Source of the DNA: Thermoplasmata archaeon
GTDB taxonomy: Archaea > Thermoplasmatota > E2 > JACPAO01 > JAHFTW01
Reading direction: 5' to 3'
Assembly (NCBI GenBank): GCA_034667725.1
Contig: JAXDQS010000002.1
Location: forward strand, 64,001 to 128,000
Length of the DNA: 64,000 nt
The position numbers and the translations under genes were made by a program. The notes under the pieces are model-generated. The model saw only the letters and a list, made by a program, of their open reading frames with translations, did no database searches and was not told the origin of the DNA. Below, piece by piece: positions 18,721-28,255 of the stretch (the stretch's first letter is position 1; each line of letters opens with the position of its first letter).

Positions 18721-19464
18721 TTGACGACTGCCCCACCTCCTGCTGCGAGCCGCCCGAAGCCCCCCGTGCTGGAGCCCGTCCAGCGGCTGCCGAGTCGGCG
18801 CGTGCCCCAAGACGCCAACGGCGCCGTCGTGCCGCCCCCGCCCCGCGCCGCCCGCCGCCCGTTCATCAACCTGTGCGGTGACTACCGCTTCCTGCGCGCC
18901 GGCTACTGGGCCTTGGTGGACGCCGAGCTCAACGGCGTGGAGTCGTCGCCGACCCCCATCCAGGCCGCCACCGCCCAGAACGCCGCCGCCTGCCTGCTGG
19001 TGGCGCAGAACTCCGGCATCGAGACGGTGAAGTGGACCGTCGCCCGCAAGCCGCAGGACATCGAGGTCCCGAGCCTGCTGGTCCCGGTCTCCGGCCTCAC
19101 GGATCGCTGCTACGAAGTCAAGTCGACCCGCAGCCGGGCGGCCCAGTGGCGCAGCGCGACCCAGAACGGCACCCGCCCCGCCTTGGCCGTCCAGCTGGAA
19201 GGCGAGCTGCGGAGCCTGCGCATGATCGTCGGCGTCACGGCGCACGAGAACTTCCACCTCGCCTGGGACGTCTGGCGCTCGTTCGGCATCCCGCTTGCGG
19301 AGATCTGGTACGTCGAGGCCGGCGACCCGGACGGGCCGGAAGGCTCCCGTCCGCTGTTCTTGGGCATGGACCCGCTGCCGCTGCACGAACTGACCGAGCG
19401 CGAGCTGCGCCTCTACGAGGAAGTCGCCCAGCGCCCGATGGAAGGCCCGTACGGAGGCCACTGA
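18721..19464 (+). CDS. RimK-like ATP-grasp N-terminal (RLAN) domain protein
   Basis: INLCGDYRFLRAGYWALVDAELNG resembles the RLAN pattern (NLC.sY.Y...GYY.SL.AE.RG); lies directly upstream of an ATP-grasp gene. Confidence 0.75.
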   Translation: MTTAPPPAASRPKPPVLEPVQRLPSRRVPQDANGAVVPPPPRAARRPFINLCGDYRFLRAGYWALVDAELNGVESSPTPIQAATAQNAAACLLVAQNSGIETVKWTVARKPQDIEVPSLLVPVSGLTDRCYEVKSTRSRAAQWRSATQNGTRPALAVQLEGELRSLRMIVGVTAHENFHLAWDVWRSFGIPLAEIWYVEAGDPDGPEGSRPLFLGMDPLPLHELTERELRLYEEVAQRPMEGPYGGH

Positions 19465-19579
19465 ATGGCCCGCGTCGCCAGCATGCGGGGCTCTGCGCGC
19501 CCCGCAAGCATGTCCGGCTGCGCGCGGGGCGCCACGGACCCAGCGGCACCCGAGGTGCGCTGAATGGCCCGCGTCGCCA
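19461..19579. repeat. 20-bp direct repeat (stop/start junction) flanking a 79-bp hairpin-rich insert
   Basis: CTGAATGGCCCGCGTCGCCA at 19461-19480 and 19560-19579. Confidence 0.9.
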
Positions 19580-20490
19580 TCGTTTCCGACTCCTCCAGCC
19601 GGGACCGCGCCGTCGAGCTGGAGGCCATGGAGACCTACGCCATCCAGGCGCCGGACCACGGCCACACCGCCGAGATCATCGACATCGACGACTACGCCCG
19701 CCTCCCCGAGTTCGACGCCGCCTTCCTGCGGCTCGACACCTCGGTGCTGGGCTTGCCGTTCGCCATTTCCCGCTACGCCTGGAAGCTGGGCCTGCGCGTC
19801 GTGGACGACCCCAAGTCGATGCTGACCTGCATGAACAAGGCGCACGTCCATGGCCTGCTGGAGCGCGCCGGCATCCCGACGCCCGAGACGGTCCTGCTGA
19901 CGAAGGCGGGCCGCGAGACGCTGGACGCCGAGGCGCTGTTCGCCGAGCTGGGGACGCCCATCGTGGTCAAGGCCCCGAGCGGGGCGTTCTCCTCCGCGGT
20001 CGAGAAGGCGCATGACGCCAAGGAGCTCAAGACGCTGGTGCGCCGCTTCAGCTTCCAGTCGGACGTCATCCTGCTGCAACGCTACACCCCGAGCACCTAC
20101 GACTGGCGCGTCGGCGTGCTGTGCGGCGACCCGATCTATGCGGCCCGCTACCACATCCCGAAGGGCGGCTGGCGCATCCACGACACCCCCGCCGGCGAGA
20201 ACCGCAAGCAGTGGGCCAAGATCGAGCCGGTGCCGCTCGGCAAGGTGCCCTACGCCGTGATGGAGACCGCGCTTGCCGCCTGCCGCCAGGTGGGCCATTC
20301 GCTCTACGGCGTGGACCTCAAGCAGAAGGAGGACGGCAGCGTCGTCGTCATCGAGATCAACGACAACCCGAACATCGACCCGGGTGGCGAGCTGCCGAAG
20401 AACTCCCCGGTGTTCGGGCAGATCGTCGACAAGATCGCGCGCGCAGGGCCGCGGGGCGACCGCGACCACGGCGGCGTCATCAGGGCCTGA
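19564..20490 (+). CDS. RimK-family ATP-grasp ligase
   Basis: NKAH, PIVVKAPSGAFS, LQRY, YDWRVGVL, YGVDLK, IEINDNP. Confidence 0.92.
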   Translation: MARVAIVSDSSSRDRAVELEAMETYAIQAPDHGHTAEIIDIDDYARLPEFDAAFLRLDTSVLGLPFAISRYAWKLGLRVVDDPKSMLTCMNKAHVHGLLERAGIPTPETVLLTKAGRETLDAEALFAELGTPIVVKAPSGAFSSAVEKAHDAKELKTLVRRFSFQSDVILLQRYTPSTYDWRVGVLCGDPIYAARYHIPKGGWRIHDTPAGENRKQWAKIEPVPLGKVPYAVMETALAACRQVGHSLYGVDLKQKEDGSVVVIEINDNPNIDPGGELPKNSPVFGQIVDKIARAGPRGDRDHGGVIRA

Positions 20491-20638
20491 GGGCACCACC
20501 TCCGTCGTCCCGCTGCAGCGCACGCACTTGGCGCTCGAACGCCTCCAGCGCAAGGCGGCCGGGCTGGATGCCGCGCCGGGCCAGGAACTCCAGGGTGCGG
20601 TCGTCGGAGCGGAAGACCACCCAGGTGCGCTGCGCCAC
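20480..20638 (-). CDS. Putative small RHH/antitoxin-like protein
   Basis: VVFRSDDRTLEFLARRGIQPGRLALEAFERQVRAL fits a strand-helix-helix pattern; start uncertain. Confidence 0.4.
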   Translation of the reverse strand: MAQRTWVVFRSDDRTLEFLARRGIQPGRLALEAFERQVRALQRDDGGGALRP

Positions 20639-20742
20639 GCCTTCCGAAGCCTGCCACGGGACTTGGCCGGCCTCGCCCAGGCCAGGGCCTGTCCGCTTGC
20701 CGCCACCGGAACCCTGCAAGAGTGGCGCCGGCTGCTTGCGCC

Positions 20743-21318
20743 ATGGACGGCATCCGCCGCTCGGTCCGCCTCGCGGTCGGCGCCACGCTCCTGCTGGCGT
20801 TCGCCCTCGTCGTCGCGATGCTGCCGCGCGGAGCCCCTCCAACCCCCCTGCCCATCGAGGGCAAGGGCGGCGGGCCGTTCGCGCTTCCCACGGCCGCCGG
20901 CGTCACCGAGGCCAGCTGGCAAGGGACGCCCGTCCTGGTGTTCCTGGTGCCCGCCGAACGGCTGGAAGGCGTCGACCAGCAACGCGGCGCCGGCGAGGCG
21001 ACCCCGTCGGCGACCGTGCCCGGCCAGCCGGGGCTGCGGCTGTTCGCGCTGTCGGCCAAGTCCACCTACCTCGGCTGCACCGTCGGCCTGCAAGCCGAGC
21101 TCGGCGCCTCCCTCGACATCGAGGACTACGACCTTGACGGCCTGCGCGACGGGCGCGTGCTCGACCCGTGCCACCACGGCCAATGGGACCCGTACCACCG
21201 CGGCGTCCCCGTCGCCGGCCCCGCCCCCGAGCGGCTCGCCGTGCTCGACGCCTCGGTCCAGGACGGCCGCCTGGTCGCCACCGGCTTCGACGGGCCGGTC
21301 GGCCCCGCCCCGCGCTGA
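20743..21318 (+). CDS. Membrane-anchored Rieske-fold protein with degenerate Fe-S motifs
   Basis: N-terminal TM; STYLGC and DPCHHGQWD boxes; GPAPERL. Confidence 0.75.
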   Translation: MDGIRRSVRLAVGATLLLAFALVVAMLPRGAPPTPLPIEGKGGGPFALPTAAGVTEASWQGTPVLVFLVPAERLEGVDQQRGAGEATPSATVPGQPGLRLFALSAKSTYLGCTVGLQAELGASLDIEDYDLDGLRDGRVLDPCHHGQWDPYHRGVPVAGPAPERLAVLDASVQDGRLVATGFDGPVGPAPR

Positions 21319-21366
21319 CCTCCCACGCCGGCAGCTTTTCCCGCGCCGCTTCCATCGCCGGGTTAC

Positions 21367-22011
21367 ATGAAAGTCGGAATCCTCGGCAGCGGCGACGTCG
21401 GACGCATCCTCGGCAACGGCTTCGCGGCCAAAGGCCACGACGTGGTCGTCGGCACCCGCGACCCCAAGGGCCCCAAGGCCAAAGAACTGCAAGGCAAGCT
21501 CCCGAAGGCCAAGGTCGGCACGTTCGCGGACGCCGCCAAGCACGGCGAAGTGCTGGTGCTGTGCGTCCACGGCACCGCGGCGGAGCAGGCGGTCGGGCAG
21601 GCCGGGCCCCAGAACCTGGCCGGCAAGCTCGTCCTCGACACCACCAACCCGCTCGAGTTCGGCCCCAAGGGCGCCCACAAGCCGGCGTCCGTCAAGTCCA
21701 GCCTCATCGAGACCGTCCAGCAGAAGGCCCCGCAGGCCAGGTTCGTCAAGGCCTGGAACTGCACGCCTGGCCCCCAGATGGTGGACCCCAAGTTCAAGGA
21801 AGGCACGGGCGACCAGCTCATCTGCGGCGACGACGCCAAGGCCAAGGAGCAGGCCGCCAAGATTCTGAAGGAGTTCGGCTGGAACACGGTGGACGTCGGC
21901 GACGCCAGCATGGGCCCCTACGTGGAGGGGATGGCCATCGCGGTGATCAACTACGGCGCCAAGACCAACGACTGGGGATGGGGCGTCAAGCTGGTGGGAC
22001 GGAAGGCCTAG
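21367..22011 (+). CDS. F420-dependent NADP oxidoreductase-like NAD(P)-binding protein
   Basis: GILGSGDVG, GTRDP, LDTTNPL, VKAWN, ICGDD. Confidence 0.88.
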   Translation: MKVGILGSGDVGRILGNGFAAKGHDVVVGTRDPKGPKAKELQGKLPKAKVGTFADAAKHGEVLVLCVHGTAAEQAVGQAGPQNLAGKLVLDTTNPLEFGPKGAHKPASVKSSLIETVQQKAPQARFVKAWNCTPGPQMVDPKFKEGTGDQLICGDDAKAKEQAAKILKEFGWNTVDVGDASMGPYVEGMAIAVINYGAKTNDWGWGVKLVGRKA

Positions 22012-22859
22012 CGCCGCGCCGGAATCTCCCCGAACCTTCCCGCCCGGAAGTCCTCGACCGCCTGCACGATCTCGTCGCGCGTCGTCATCACGAACGGCCC
22101 GTACTGGAACACCGGCTCCCTGAGGGGCACGCCAGTCACCAGGATGCCTTCCATCCCTTGCGCGGCGTCGACCCGCAGCTCGGTCCCCTCGGCATCGAGC
22201 ACCGCCAGCTGGCCTGCCTGCACGGGCGACCCGCCCGCCACGCATTGCCCCGCCCAGACGTACAGGAACCCTTCATGCCCCGCCGGGACCGGCAACGTCA
22301 CGCCGCCGTCCGCCAACTGGACGTGCAGGTACTGGATGGGGGTGCGGGTGTCGATGGCCGCCTTCTCGCCCATGAACTCGCCCGCCACGATGCGCACCTT
22401 GCCGCCCGGGACCACGACGGCCGGGATGCCAGCCGACGGAATCTCCTGGTAGCGCGGCGCCATCATCTTGTCCTTCTTCGGCAGGTTGACCCACAGTTGA
22501 AGGCCGTGCAGCGTGCCGCCTTTCTCGCGCAGCGCGCCGCTTGGCATCTCGGAGTGCACGACGCCGCCGCCCGCCGTCATCCACTGGACGTCGCCGGGGC
22601 GCAGGAAGCCGGCGTTGCCGTGCGAGTCGCGGTGCTCGAACTCTCCCTCCAGCAGCATGGTCACCGTCTCGAAGCCGCGGTGCGGGTGGTCGGGGAAGCC
22701 GGCGCGGGCCCCGGGCTCGAACCGGATGGGGCCCATCTCGTCCAGCAGCAGGAACGGGTCGAGCCGGCCGAGGTGCTGGCCCGGGAACGCGCGCCGGACG
22801 ACCATGCCGTCGCCTTCGGGAGTGACCTTGGCATCGACGACGCGGTCGACCTTGCGCAT
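22008..22859 (-). CDS. Pirin family protein
   Basis: DPFLLLD, FPDHPHRGFET, QWMTAGGGVVHSE, GPFVM. Confidence 0.95.
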   Translation of the reverse strand: MRKVDRVVDAKVTPEGDGMVVRRAFPGQHLGRLDPFLLLDEMGPIRFEPGARAGFPDHPHRGFETVTMLLEGEFEHRDSHGNAGFLRPGDVQWMTAGGGVVHSEMPSGALREKGGTLHGLQLWVNLPKKDKMMAPRYQEIPSAGIPAVVVPGGKVRIVAGEFMGEKAAIDTRTPIQYLHVQLADGGVTLPVPAGHEGFLYVWAGQCVAGGSPVQAGQLAVLDAEGTELRVDAAQGMEGILVTGVPLREPVFQYGPFVMTTRDEIVQAVEDFRAGRFGEIPARR

Positions 22860-22906
22860 GCCCAGGCCACCGCAGGCGGCGTCATATCCGTGCTGGCGCG
22901 GGCAGG

Positions 22907-23842
22907 TCAGTGGCCGCGCCGCGGCTTCGGGATGACCGCCGTCGGGCTGGCGCTCGGCGGCCACAGCCGCGCCAGGTCCGCGTCCGGCTCCTGGAGGCTG
23001 CACGAGCCGACGGCGAACGGGATGCCGGCCTTGACGGCGCGCAGCTGGGCAAGGTCCATCCTGTAGGTGCGCCAGGCGATGCCGTTGGTGAAGTCGTAGG
23101 CGTTGGGCTTGTTCTCGCGCAGCATCTCGCGGATGGCGGCGCGGCCGAAGGCGGCGCCGTGGACCTGGCGCAGGCGGAGGGCTGCCGCCGCGTTGACGAA
23201 GCCGTGGCGGTTCTTGTGGCGGGGCTCGAGGATGGGGTGGTGCAGGCCTTGCGTGACCTTGAACGGGATGCGCAGGTGGGCGACGTCCTGGATCAGCGTC
23301 GCAAGCAGCTGCTTGGTGACGGCCTGCTCGCCGGCGCCGCGGACCTTGAGCCCGACGCCGTGCCCAGTGGCCTTGGCTTGGTTCAGGAACGCCAGCGCGT
23401 CGTCGCGTTGCTTGAGCCAGTGCTTGGGGATCCAGGTGGGCTCGACGTAGAGCTGGATGCCGGACAGGGCCTTGGCGGCGGCCAAGAGCGGCGCGGCCGG
23501 GATGGTCTCGGCGTGGGTCTCGAGCGTGACGACGCGGGCATGGTCGCGGGCCTGGTTGAAGCCGTGGACCTCGCGGGCGGCCTCCTCCACCTTCTCGGCC
23601 GAGACGCCGACGACGCAGACGGTGCAAATGCGGTCGCCGAAGCCGGCCTCGACGACAGCCTGGTCGGTGATGTGGTGGAGTTGCGGGTAGGGCACCACCA
23701 TCGCGTTGCCGACGATGCCAGGGCGGATGAGGTCGGACGAGCGCGCGGACTCGCGCAGCGCGGCGCGCAGGTCGAGCTGGGCGGGCGGGAACATGCCGGC
23801 GTAGTCGAACAGGCCCTCGACGAGATGCTCCAGGCCGTTCAT
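22907..23842 (-). CDS. Conserved hypothetical protein of the type often found beside FAH genes
   Basis: GLFDYAGMFPPA, GLKVRG, PFKVTQGLHHP, HGFVN, GSCSLQEP. Confidence 0.75.
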   Translation of the reverse strand: MNGLEHLVEGLFDYAGMFPPAQLDLRAALRESARSSDLIRPGIVGNAMVVPYPQLHHITDQAVVEAGFGDRICTVCVVGVSAEKVEEAAREVHGFNQARDHARVVTLETHAETIPAAPLLAAAKALSGIQLYVEPTWIPKHWLKQRDDALAFLNQAKATGHGVGLKVRGAGEQAVTKQLLATLIQDVAHLRIPFKVTQGLHHPILEPRHKNRHGFVNAAAALRLRQVHGAAFGRAAIREMLRENKPNAYDFTNGIAWRTYRMDLAQLRAVKAGIPFAVGSCSLQEPDADLARLWPPSASPTAVIPKPRRGH

Positions 23843-24816
23843 GCGGGCACGACCTTCTGGTCGATGGCGCCAAAGACGCTGTGGTTGCCGGCAAGCACCT
23901 CGATGCGGACGCGGTCGCCGAACTTCAAGAACGGCGTCGCAGGCTTGCCGGCCTTGAGGGTCTCCAAGGTGCGGACCTCGGCCAGGCAGCCGCAGCCGCG
24001 GGCCTCGTCCTCGTTGGAGACTGTGCCGGCGCCGAGGAGGGTGCCGGCGGGCAGCGGCCGGGTGCGGGCGGCGTGCTCCACGAGCTGGGGGAACGAGAAC
24101 AGCATCTCGCCGCAGTCGGGGGTGCCGATGCTCCTGCCATTCACCGACACGTGAATCGGAAGGTGGAGGCGGCCGTCGCGCCACGCAGGGCCCAGTTCGT
24201 CCGGCGTCACCGCGTACGGCCCCAGGCTGCTCGGCGGCTTGCCCTGGAAGAACCCGAAGCCGGCGGCCAGCTCGCGCGGGATCAGGTTGCGCAGGCTGAC
24301 GTCGTTCATCACGACCAGGAGCTTCACGTGGGCCAGCGCGTCGGCGGCCTTGGTGCCCATGGGGACGTCGTCGAGCAGCACCGCGACCTCGGCCTCCAGG
24401 TCGATGCCGTGCTCCTCCGACGCGGCCGCGACGTCCTGGGTCGGGCCCAGGAGCGGGTCGCCGACCCCTTGGTACATCAGCGGCACCGTCCGCAGGTCCG
24501 CCGGCGGCTCGGCGCCCCGCGCCCGCCGCACCAGGACGATGTGCTGGACGAAGGCGGAGCCGTCCAGCCAGCTCGTGGTGCGCGGCAGCGGCGCGAGGAA
24601 CGTGGCGCCCGCGAGGGGGCGCGACTCCGGCCAGCGGCCTTCCTTGAGCTGGCGCTCGACGCGGCGCAGCTCGGGCTCGGCGGCCCGCCAGTCCTGGAGC
24701 GCGCCCCACAGGCTGGGGGCGATGCTGCGCGGCACTAGGCCGAGCCTGCCGCCGGCCTCGTCCACCACCACGAGGCGCCCGTCGCGGGAGCCGTCGGGGA
24801 GGGTGGCGAGCTTCAC
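23839..24816 (-). CDS. Fumarylacetoacetate hydrolase family protein (aromatic amino-acid catabolism type)
   Basis: RDGRLVVV, DGSAF, PLMYQG, IDLEAEVAV, NDVSLRNLIPRELAAGFGFFQGKP, GTVSN. Confidence 0.92.
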   Translation of the reverse strand: MKLATLPDGSRDGRLVVVDEAGGRLGLVPRSIAPSLWGALQDWRAAEPELRRVERQLKEGRWPESRPLAGATFLAPLPRTTSWLDGSAFVQHIVLVRRARGAEPPADLRTVPLMYQGVGDPLLGPTQDVAAASEEHGIDLEAEVAVLLDDVPMGTKAADALAHVKLLVVMNDVSLRNLIPRELAAGFGFFQGKPPSSLGPYAVTPDELGPAWRDGRLHLPIHVSVNGRSIGTPDCGEMLFSFPQLVEHAARTRPLPAGTLLGAGTVSNEDEARGCGCLAEVRTLETLKAGKPATPFLKFGDRVRIEVLAGNHSVFGAIDQKVVPA

Positions 24817-24888
24817 GCCCGGCACGAGCGGGCGGCTCCAGATAATGGCGTCGTCAGGCGATCGGGGAGCACGAACCGGCGACGGCCT

Positions 24889-24987
24889 TCACTTCCGCCA
24901 CCGCCGCAGGTTCATGGCGCCCCAGATGGCGATGGCCACGAGGGCCAGCAAGAGGACGGCGTAGAGCAGGTCGCCGCCGTCGTCCAC
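24889..24987 (-). CDS. Putative 32-aa single-TM peptide
   Basis: MDDGGDLLYAVLLLALVAIAIWGAMNLRRWRK (acidic start, TM, basic end). Confidence 0.45.
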   Translation of the reverse strand: MDDGGDLLYAVLLLALVAIAIWGAMNLRRWRK

Positions 24988-25073
24988 GGCTTGGCACCCG
25001 GCCGGCGGCCATCAGGCTTGTCGTGCCGTCCCGGAAGGCTTGTGGCAGGCGGGCCCTTCGGCGGGATGTGCCC

Positions 25074-25607
25074 ATGGAGATCCGCCCGGCCTTCGCCCAC
25101 GTCAAGGTCGGCCGGTCCCGCCTCCATGGGCGCGGGCTGTTTGCCGCCCGGGACTTCCGCAAGGGCGACCGCGTCATGGAGTACGGCGGCGAGAAGGTCG
25201 GCAAGCGCGAGGGCACCGTGCGCACCGAGGCCCAGTGGAAGAAGGGCCGCGTCTACACCTTCGAGCTCAACAAGCGCTGGGACATCGACGGCAGCCCCAA
25301 GTGGAACGTCGCCCGCCTGGCCAACTACTCCTGCGACCCTAACTGCGAGTCCGAGAACGACCACGGCCGCCGCATCTGGATCGTCGCCAAGCGCCCGATC
25401 AAGGAAGGCGACGAGATCACCTACGACTACAACTTCAGCTTCGTCGACCCGCCGCCGGTGTGCCAGTGCGGCTCGCCCAAGTGCCGGGGCTACATCGTCG
25501 GCGAGGCCTACCTCAAGGACTTGCGCGCCTGGCTGAAGCGGAAGGGGCTGCCAGGCGGGCCTGGGCTCAAGCGCAGGCGGGCCGCCAAGACGGCGGGGGC
25601 GGCTTGA
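25074..25607 (+). CDS. SET-domain protein-lysine methyltransferase with post-SET motif
   Basis: [40 protein letters not shown]. Confidence 0.92.
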   Translation: MEIRPAFAHVKVGRSRLHGRGLFAARDFRKGDRVMEYGGEKVGKREGTVRTEAQWKKGRVYTFELNKRWDIDGSPKWNVARLANYSCDPNCESENDHGRRIWIVAKRPIKEGDEITYDYNFSFVDPPPVCQCGSPKCRGYIVGEAYLKDLRAWLKRKGLPGGPGLKRRRAAKTAGAA

Positions 25608-27808
25608 CGCTGCACACCTGCCCGATGCACCCCGAGGTCCGCAAGGAGGGGCCCGGCGACTGCCCCGACTGCGGGATGTCGTTGGAGCCCGTGCCGGGCG
25701 GCGCCCGCGCCTCCAAGTGGGTTTGCCCGATGCACCCCGAGGTGGTGGCGGACGGGCCGGGCGACTGCCCCGTCTGTGGGATGGCCTTGGAGCCCGCCGC
25801 CGGCACGGCCGCGGCAAACCCGGAGCTGCGCAGCATGTGGATCCGCTTCTGGGTGGCCGCCATCCTCAGCCTCCCGCTGGCCGCCATGGGGATGGGCGAC
25901 CTGCTCCCCATCCAGGACGTGGGGCCTGCCCTCGGCTGGATCCAGCTTGTCCTTGCGACCCCCGTGGTGCTGTGGTGCGGGTGGCCGTTCCTGGTGCGCG
26001 CCGCGCGGTCCGTCCTCACCTGGCGCCTCAACATGTGGACCCTCATCGGCCTCGGCGTCCTGGTGGCCTACCTGTTCTCGGCCGCGGTGGTGCTGCTGCC
26101 CGACCGCCTGCCGCACGAGCTCCGGCACGAGGGCAGGCTGCCGGTGTACTTCGAGGCCGCCGCGGCCATCGTCGCCTTGGTCCTCCTGGGCCAGGTGATG
26201 GAGCTGCGCGCCCGCGAGCGTGCCGGCTCGGCCTTGCGCGCGCTCTTGGAGCTGGCGCCGCGCACCGCCCACATCGTGCGCCCCGGCGGCGCCGAGGAGG
26301 AGGTCGCGCTGCACCAGGTCGAGAAGGGCTGGGCCCTGCGGGTCCGGCCGGGCGGGCGCGTCCCGGTCGACGGCCGCGTGACCGAAGGCGCCACCGCCGT
26401 GGACGAGTCGATGGTGACGGGCGAGTCGGTGCCGGTGGACAAGCAGCCCGGCGACAAGGTCATCGGCGGCACCGTCAACACCACCGGCTCCATCCTGATG
26501 GTGGCCGAGCGCGTCGGCGCCGACACGGTGCTGGAGCGCATCGTCGCCCAGGTCGCGCAGGCCCAGGCCAGCCGGGCGCCCATCCAGAAGGTCGCCGACC
26601 GGGTGGCGGCCGTCTTCGTCCCCGTCGTGGTCCTCGTGGCCGTGGCCGCGTTCGCGGCTTGGATGCTGTGGGGACCGGAGCCGCGGTTCGCGTACGCCCT
26701 GGTGAGCGCCGTCTCGGTCCTGATCATCGCCTGCCCGTGCGCCTTGGGCCTCGCGACCCCCATGTCCATCATGGTGGCCACCGGCCGCGGCGCCACCATG
26801 GGCATCCTGTTCCGCGACGCCGAGGCGCTGGAACGGCTGACCGACGTGGACACGGTCCTCCTGGACAAGACGGGCACGTTGACCTTGGGCAAGATGCGGC
26901 TGCACACCATCTACCCGACGCCCGGCGTCGTCGAGCGCGAGGCGCTGCGGATGGCGGCGGCGGTCGAGCGCCAAAGCGAGCACCCGATTGCGCAGGCCAT
27001 CGCGGCGGCCGCCCCCGACGCGCCACGCGCCACCGAGTTCCGCAACGTGCCCGGCCAAGGCGTCGTCGGCGTCGTCGAGGGCCGGAAGGTGGCTATCGGC
27101 CATCGCTTCCTGGTCTCGGACGCGGGCGCCACCGTGCCCCTGGACGCCGAGGCAAACGCGGCGTCCATGCGCCGGCTCGGGCTCACGGTCCTCTACCTCG
27201 CGGTGGACGGCGAGCTGTGGGCCGTGCTGGGCGTGGCGGACACCGTCAAGCCGACGTCGCGCGAGGCCGTCGCCAAGCTGCGCGAGCTGCACCTCCAGGT
27301 CCGGATGCTGACGGGCGACAACGCCACCACCGCGAACGCCGTGGCCACCCGCGTCGGCATCCGCGACGTGGACGCCGGCGTCCTGCCCGAGGGCAAGGCC
27401 GAGGTCGTGCGCCGCCTCCAGGCCGAGGGCAAGAAGGTCGCGATGTGCGGCGACGGCGTCAACGACGCGCCCGCGCTGGCGGCCGCGCACGTCGGGATCG
27501 CGATGGGCACCGGCACCGACGCGGCCAAGGAGGTCGCAGGGGTCACCTTGGTCCAGAGCGACGTGGCCGGCCTCGAACGCGCCATCCGGCTGTCGCGCGC
27601 CACATCGGCCAACATCCGGCAGAACCTGTTCTTCGCGTTCGCCTACAACGCAGTCGGCATCCCGCTGGCGGCCGGCGTGCTCTACCCGTTCTTCGGGCTG
27701 CTGCTGTCGCCGATGGTGGCGGCGGCCGCCATGTCCCTGAGCAGCGTGTCGGTCATCGCCAACGCCCTCCGGCTCCGGCACGCCCGCCTCGCCGCCCTGG
27801 GGTCCTAG
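25604..27808 (+). CDS. copA: Cu(I)/Ag-translocating P1B-type ATPase with two CPMHP heavy-metal-binding repeats
   Basis: CPMHPEV...CPxCGM twice, [40 protein letters not shown]. Confidence 0.95.
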   Translation: MTLHTCPMHPEVRKEGPGDCPDCGMSLEPVPGGARASKWVCPMHPEVVADGPGDCPVCGMALEPAAGTAAANPELRSMWIRFWVAAILSLPLAAMGMGDLLPIQDVGPALGWIQLVLATPVVLWCGWPFLVRAARSVLTWRLNMWTLIGLGVLVAYLFSAAVVLLPDRLPHELRHEGRLPVYFEAAAAIVALVLLGQVMELRARERAGSALRALLELAPRTAHIVRPGGAEEEVALHQVEKGWALRVRPGGRVPVDGRVTEGATAVDESMVTGESVPVDKQPGDKVIGGTVNTTGSILMVAERVGADTVLERIVAQVAQAQASRAPIQKVADRVAAVFVPVVVLVAVAAFAAWMLWGPEPRFAYALVSAVSVLIIACPCALGLATPMSIMVATGRGATMGILFRDAEALERLTDVDTVLLDKTGTLTLGKMRLHTIYPTPGVVEREALRMAAAVERQSEHPIAQAIAAAAPDAPRATEFRNVPGQGVVGVVEGRKVAIGHRFLVSDAGATVPLDAEANAASMRRLGLTVLYLAVDGELWAVLGVADTVKPTSREAVAKLRELHLQVRMLTGDNATTANAVATRVGIRDVDAGVLPEGKAEVVRRLQAEGKKVAMCGDGVNDAPALAAAHVGIAMGTGTDAAKEVAGVTLVQSDVAGLERAIRLSRATSANIRQNLFFAFAYNAVGIPLAAGVLYPFFGLLLSPMVAAAAMSLSSVSVIANALRLRHARLAALGS

Positions 27809-27814
27809 CCCCGG

Positions 27815-28255
27815 TCAAGCCTTCCCTTTCGGCTTGGCGGCCTTGGCCTTCGCGAACGCGGCCCCGACGGCCGCCTCCAGCGCCTTCGGGTCGCCCTGCA
27901 TCGGGTCGAGCCGGATCCAGCCGAACAGCTTGAACACGGCCCCGTCCGGCGGGCGCAGCGCGAAGCCGGCGGCCTCCAGGCGGGCCTTGTCGGGCGCGTC
28001 GATGCGCAGCTCGACGGCGCCGGGCTCAGGGCCGCCGCGGAACAGCCGCGCGAACTGGTTGCAGCCGACGATGAGGCCGACGTGCTCGGCGCCGAACTCG
28101 CTCTGCAGCTCGGCGCCGTCGGCGGCCGCGACGGCCTGCGCGGCGCGCACCAGGTCCAAGAGCCGGGCCTTGTGCTCCGGCGCGACGGGCGTCCGCTCCA
28201 GCAGGCGCAGCGGCCGGTCGTCGCTGGCGGGCACGGTCGGGGTGTGGTCCATCAT
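27815..28255 (-). CDS. Hypothetical protein (possibly YjbR/MmcQ-like)
   Basis: Overlaps the aminotransferase stop; 'KLFGWIRLDP' resembles the YjbR-type C-terminal motif. Confidence 0.55.
   Translation of the reverse strand: MMDHTPTVPASDDRPLRLLERTPVAPEHKARLLDLVRAAQAVAAADGAELQSEFGAEHVGLIVGCNQFARLFRGGPEPGAVELRIDAPDKARLEAAGFALRPPDGAVFKLFGWIRLDPMQGDPKALEAAVGAAFAKAKAAKPKGKA

Noticed and set aside
18697-22245. Very long antisense or alternative-frame ORFs (e.g. 1182 aa here; also 37049-39910 and 58105-61443)
   Set aside because: Shadow ORFs caused by high GC; they overlap well-supported genes and have low-complexity R/G/A-rich translations.
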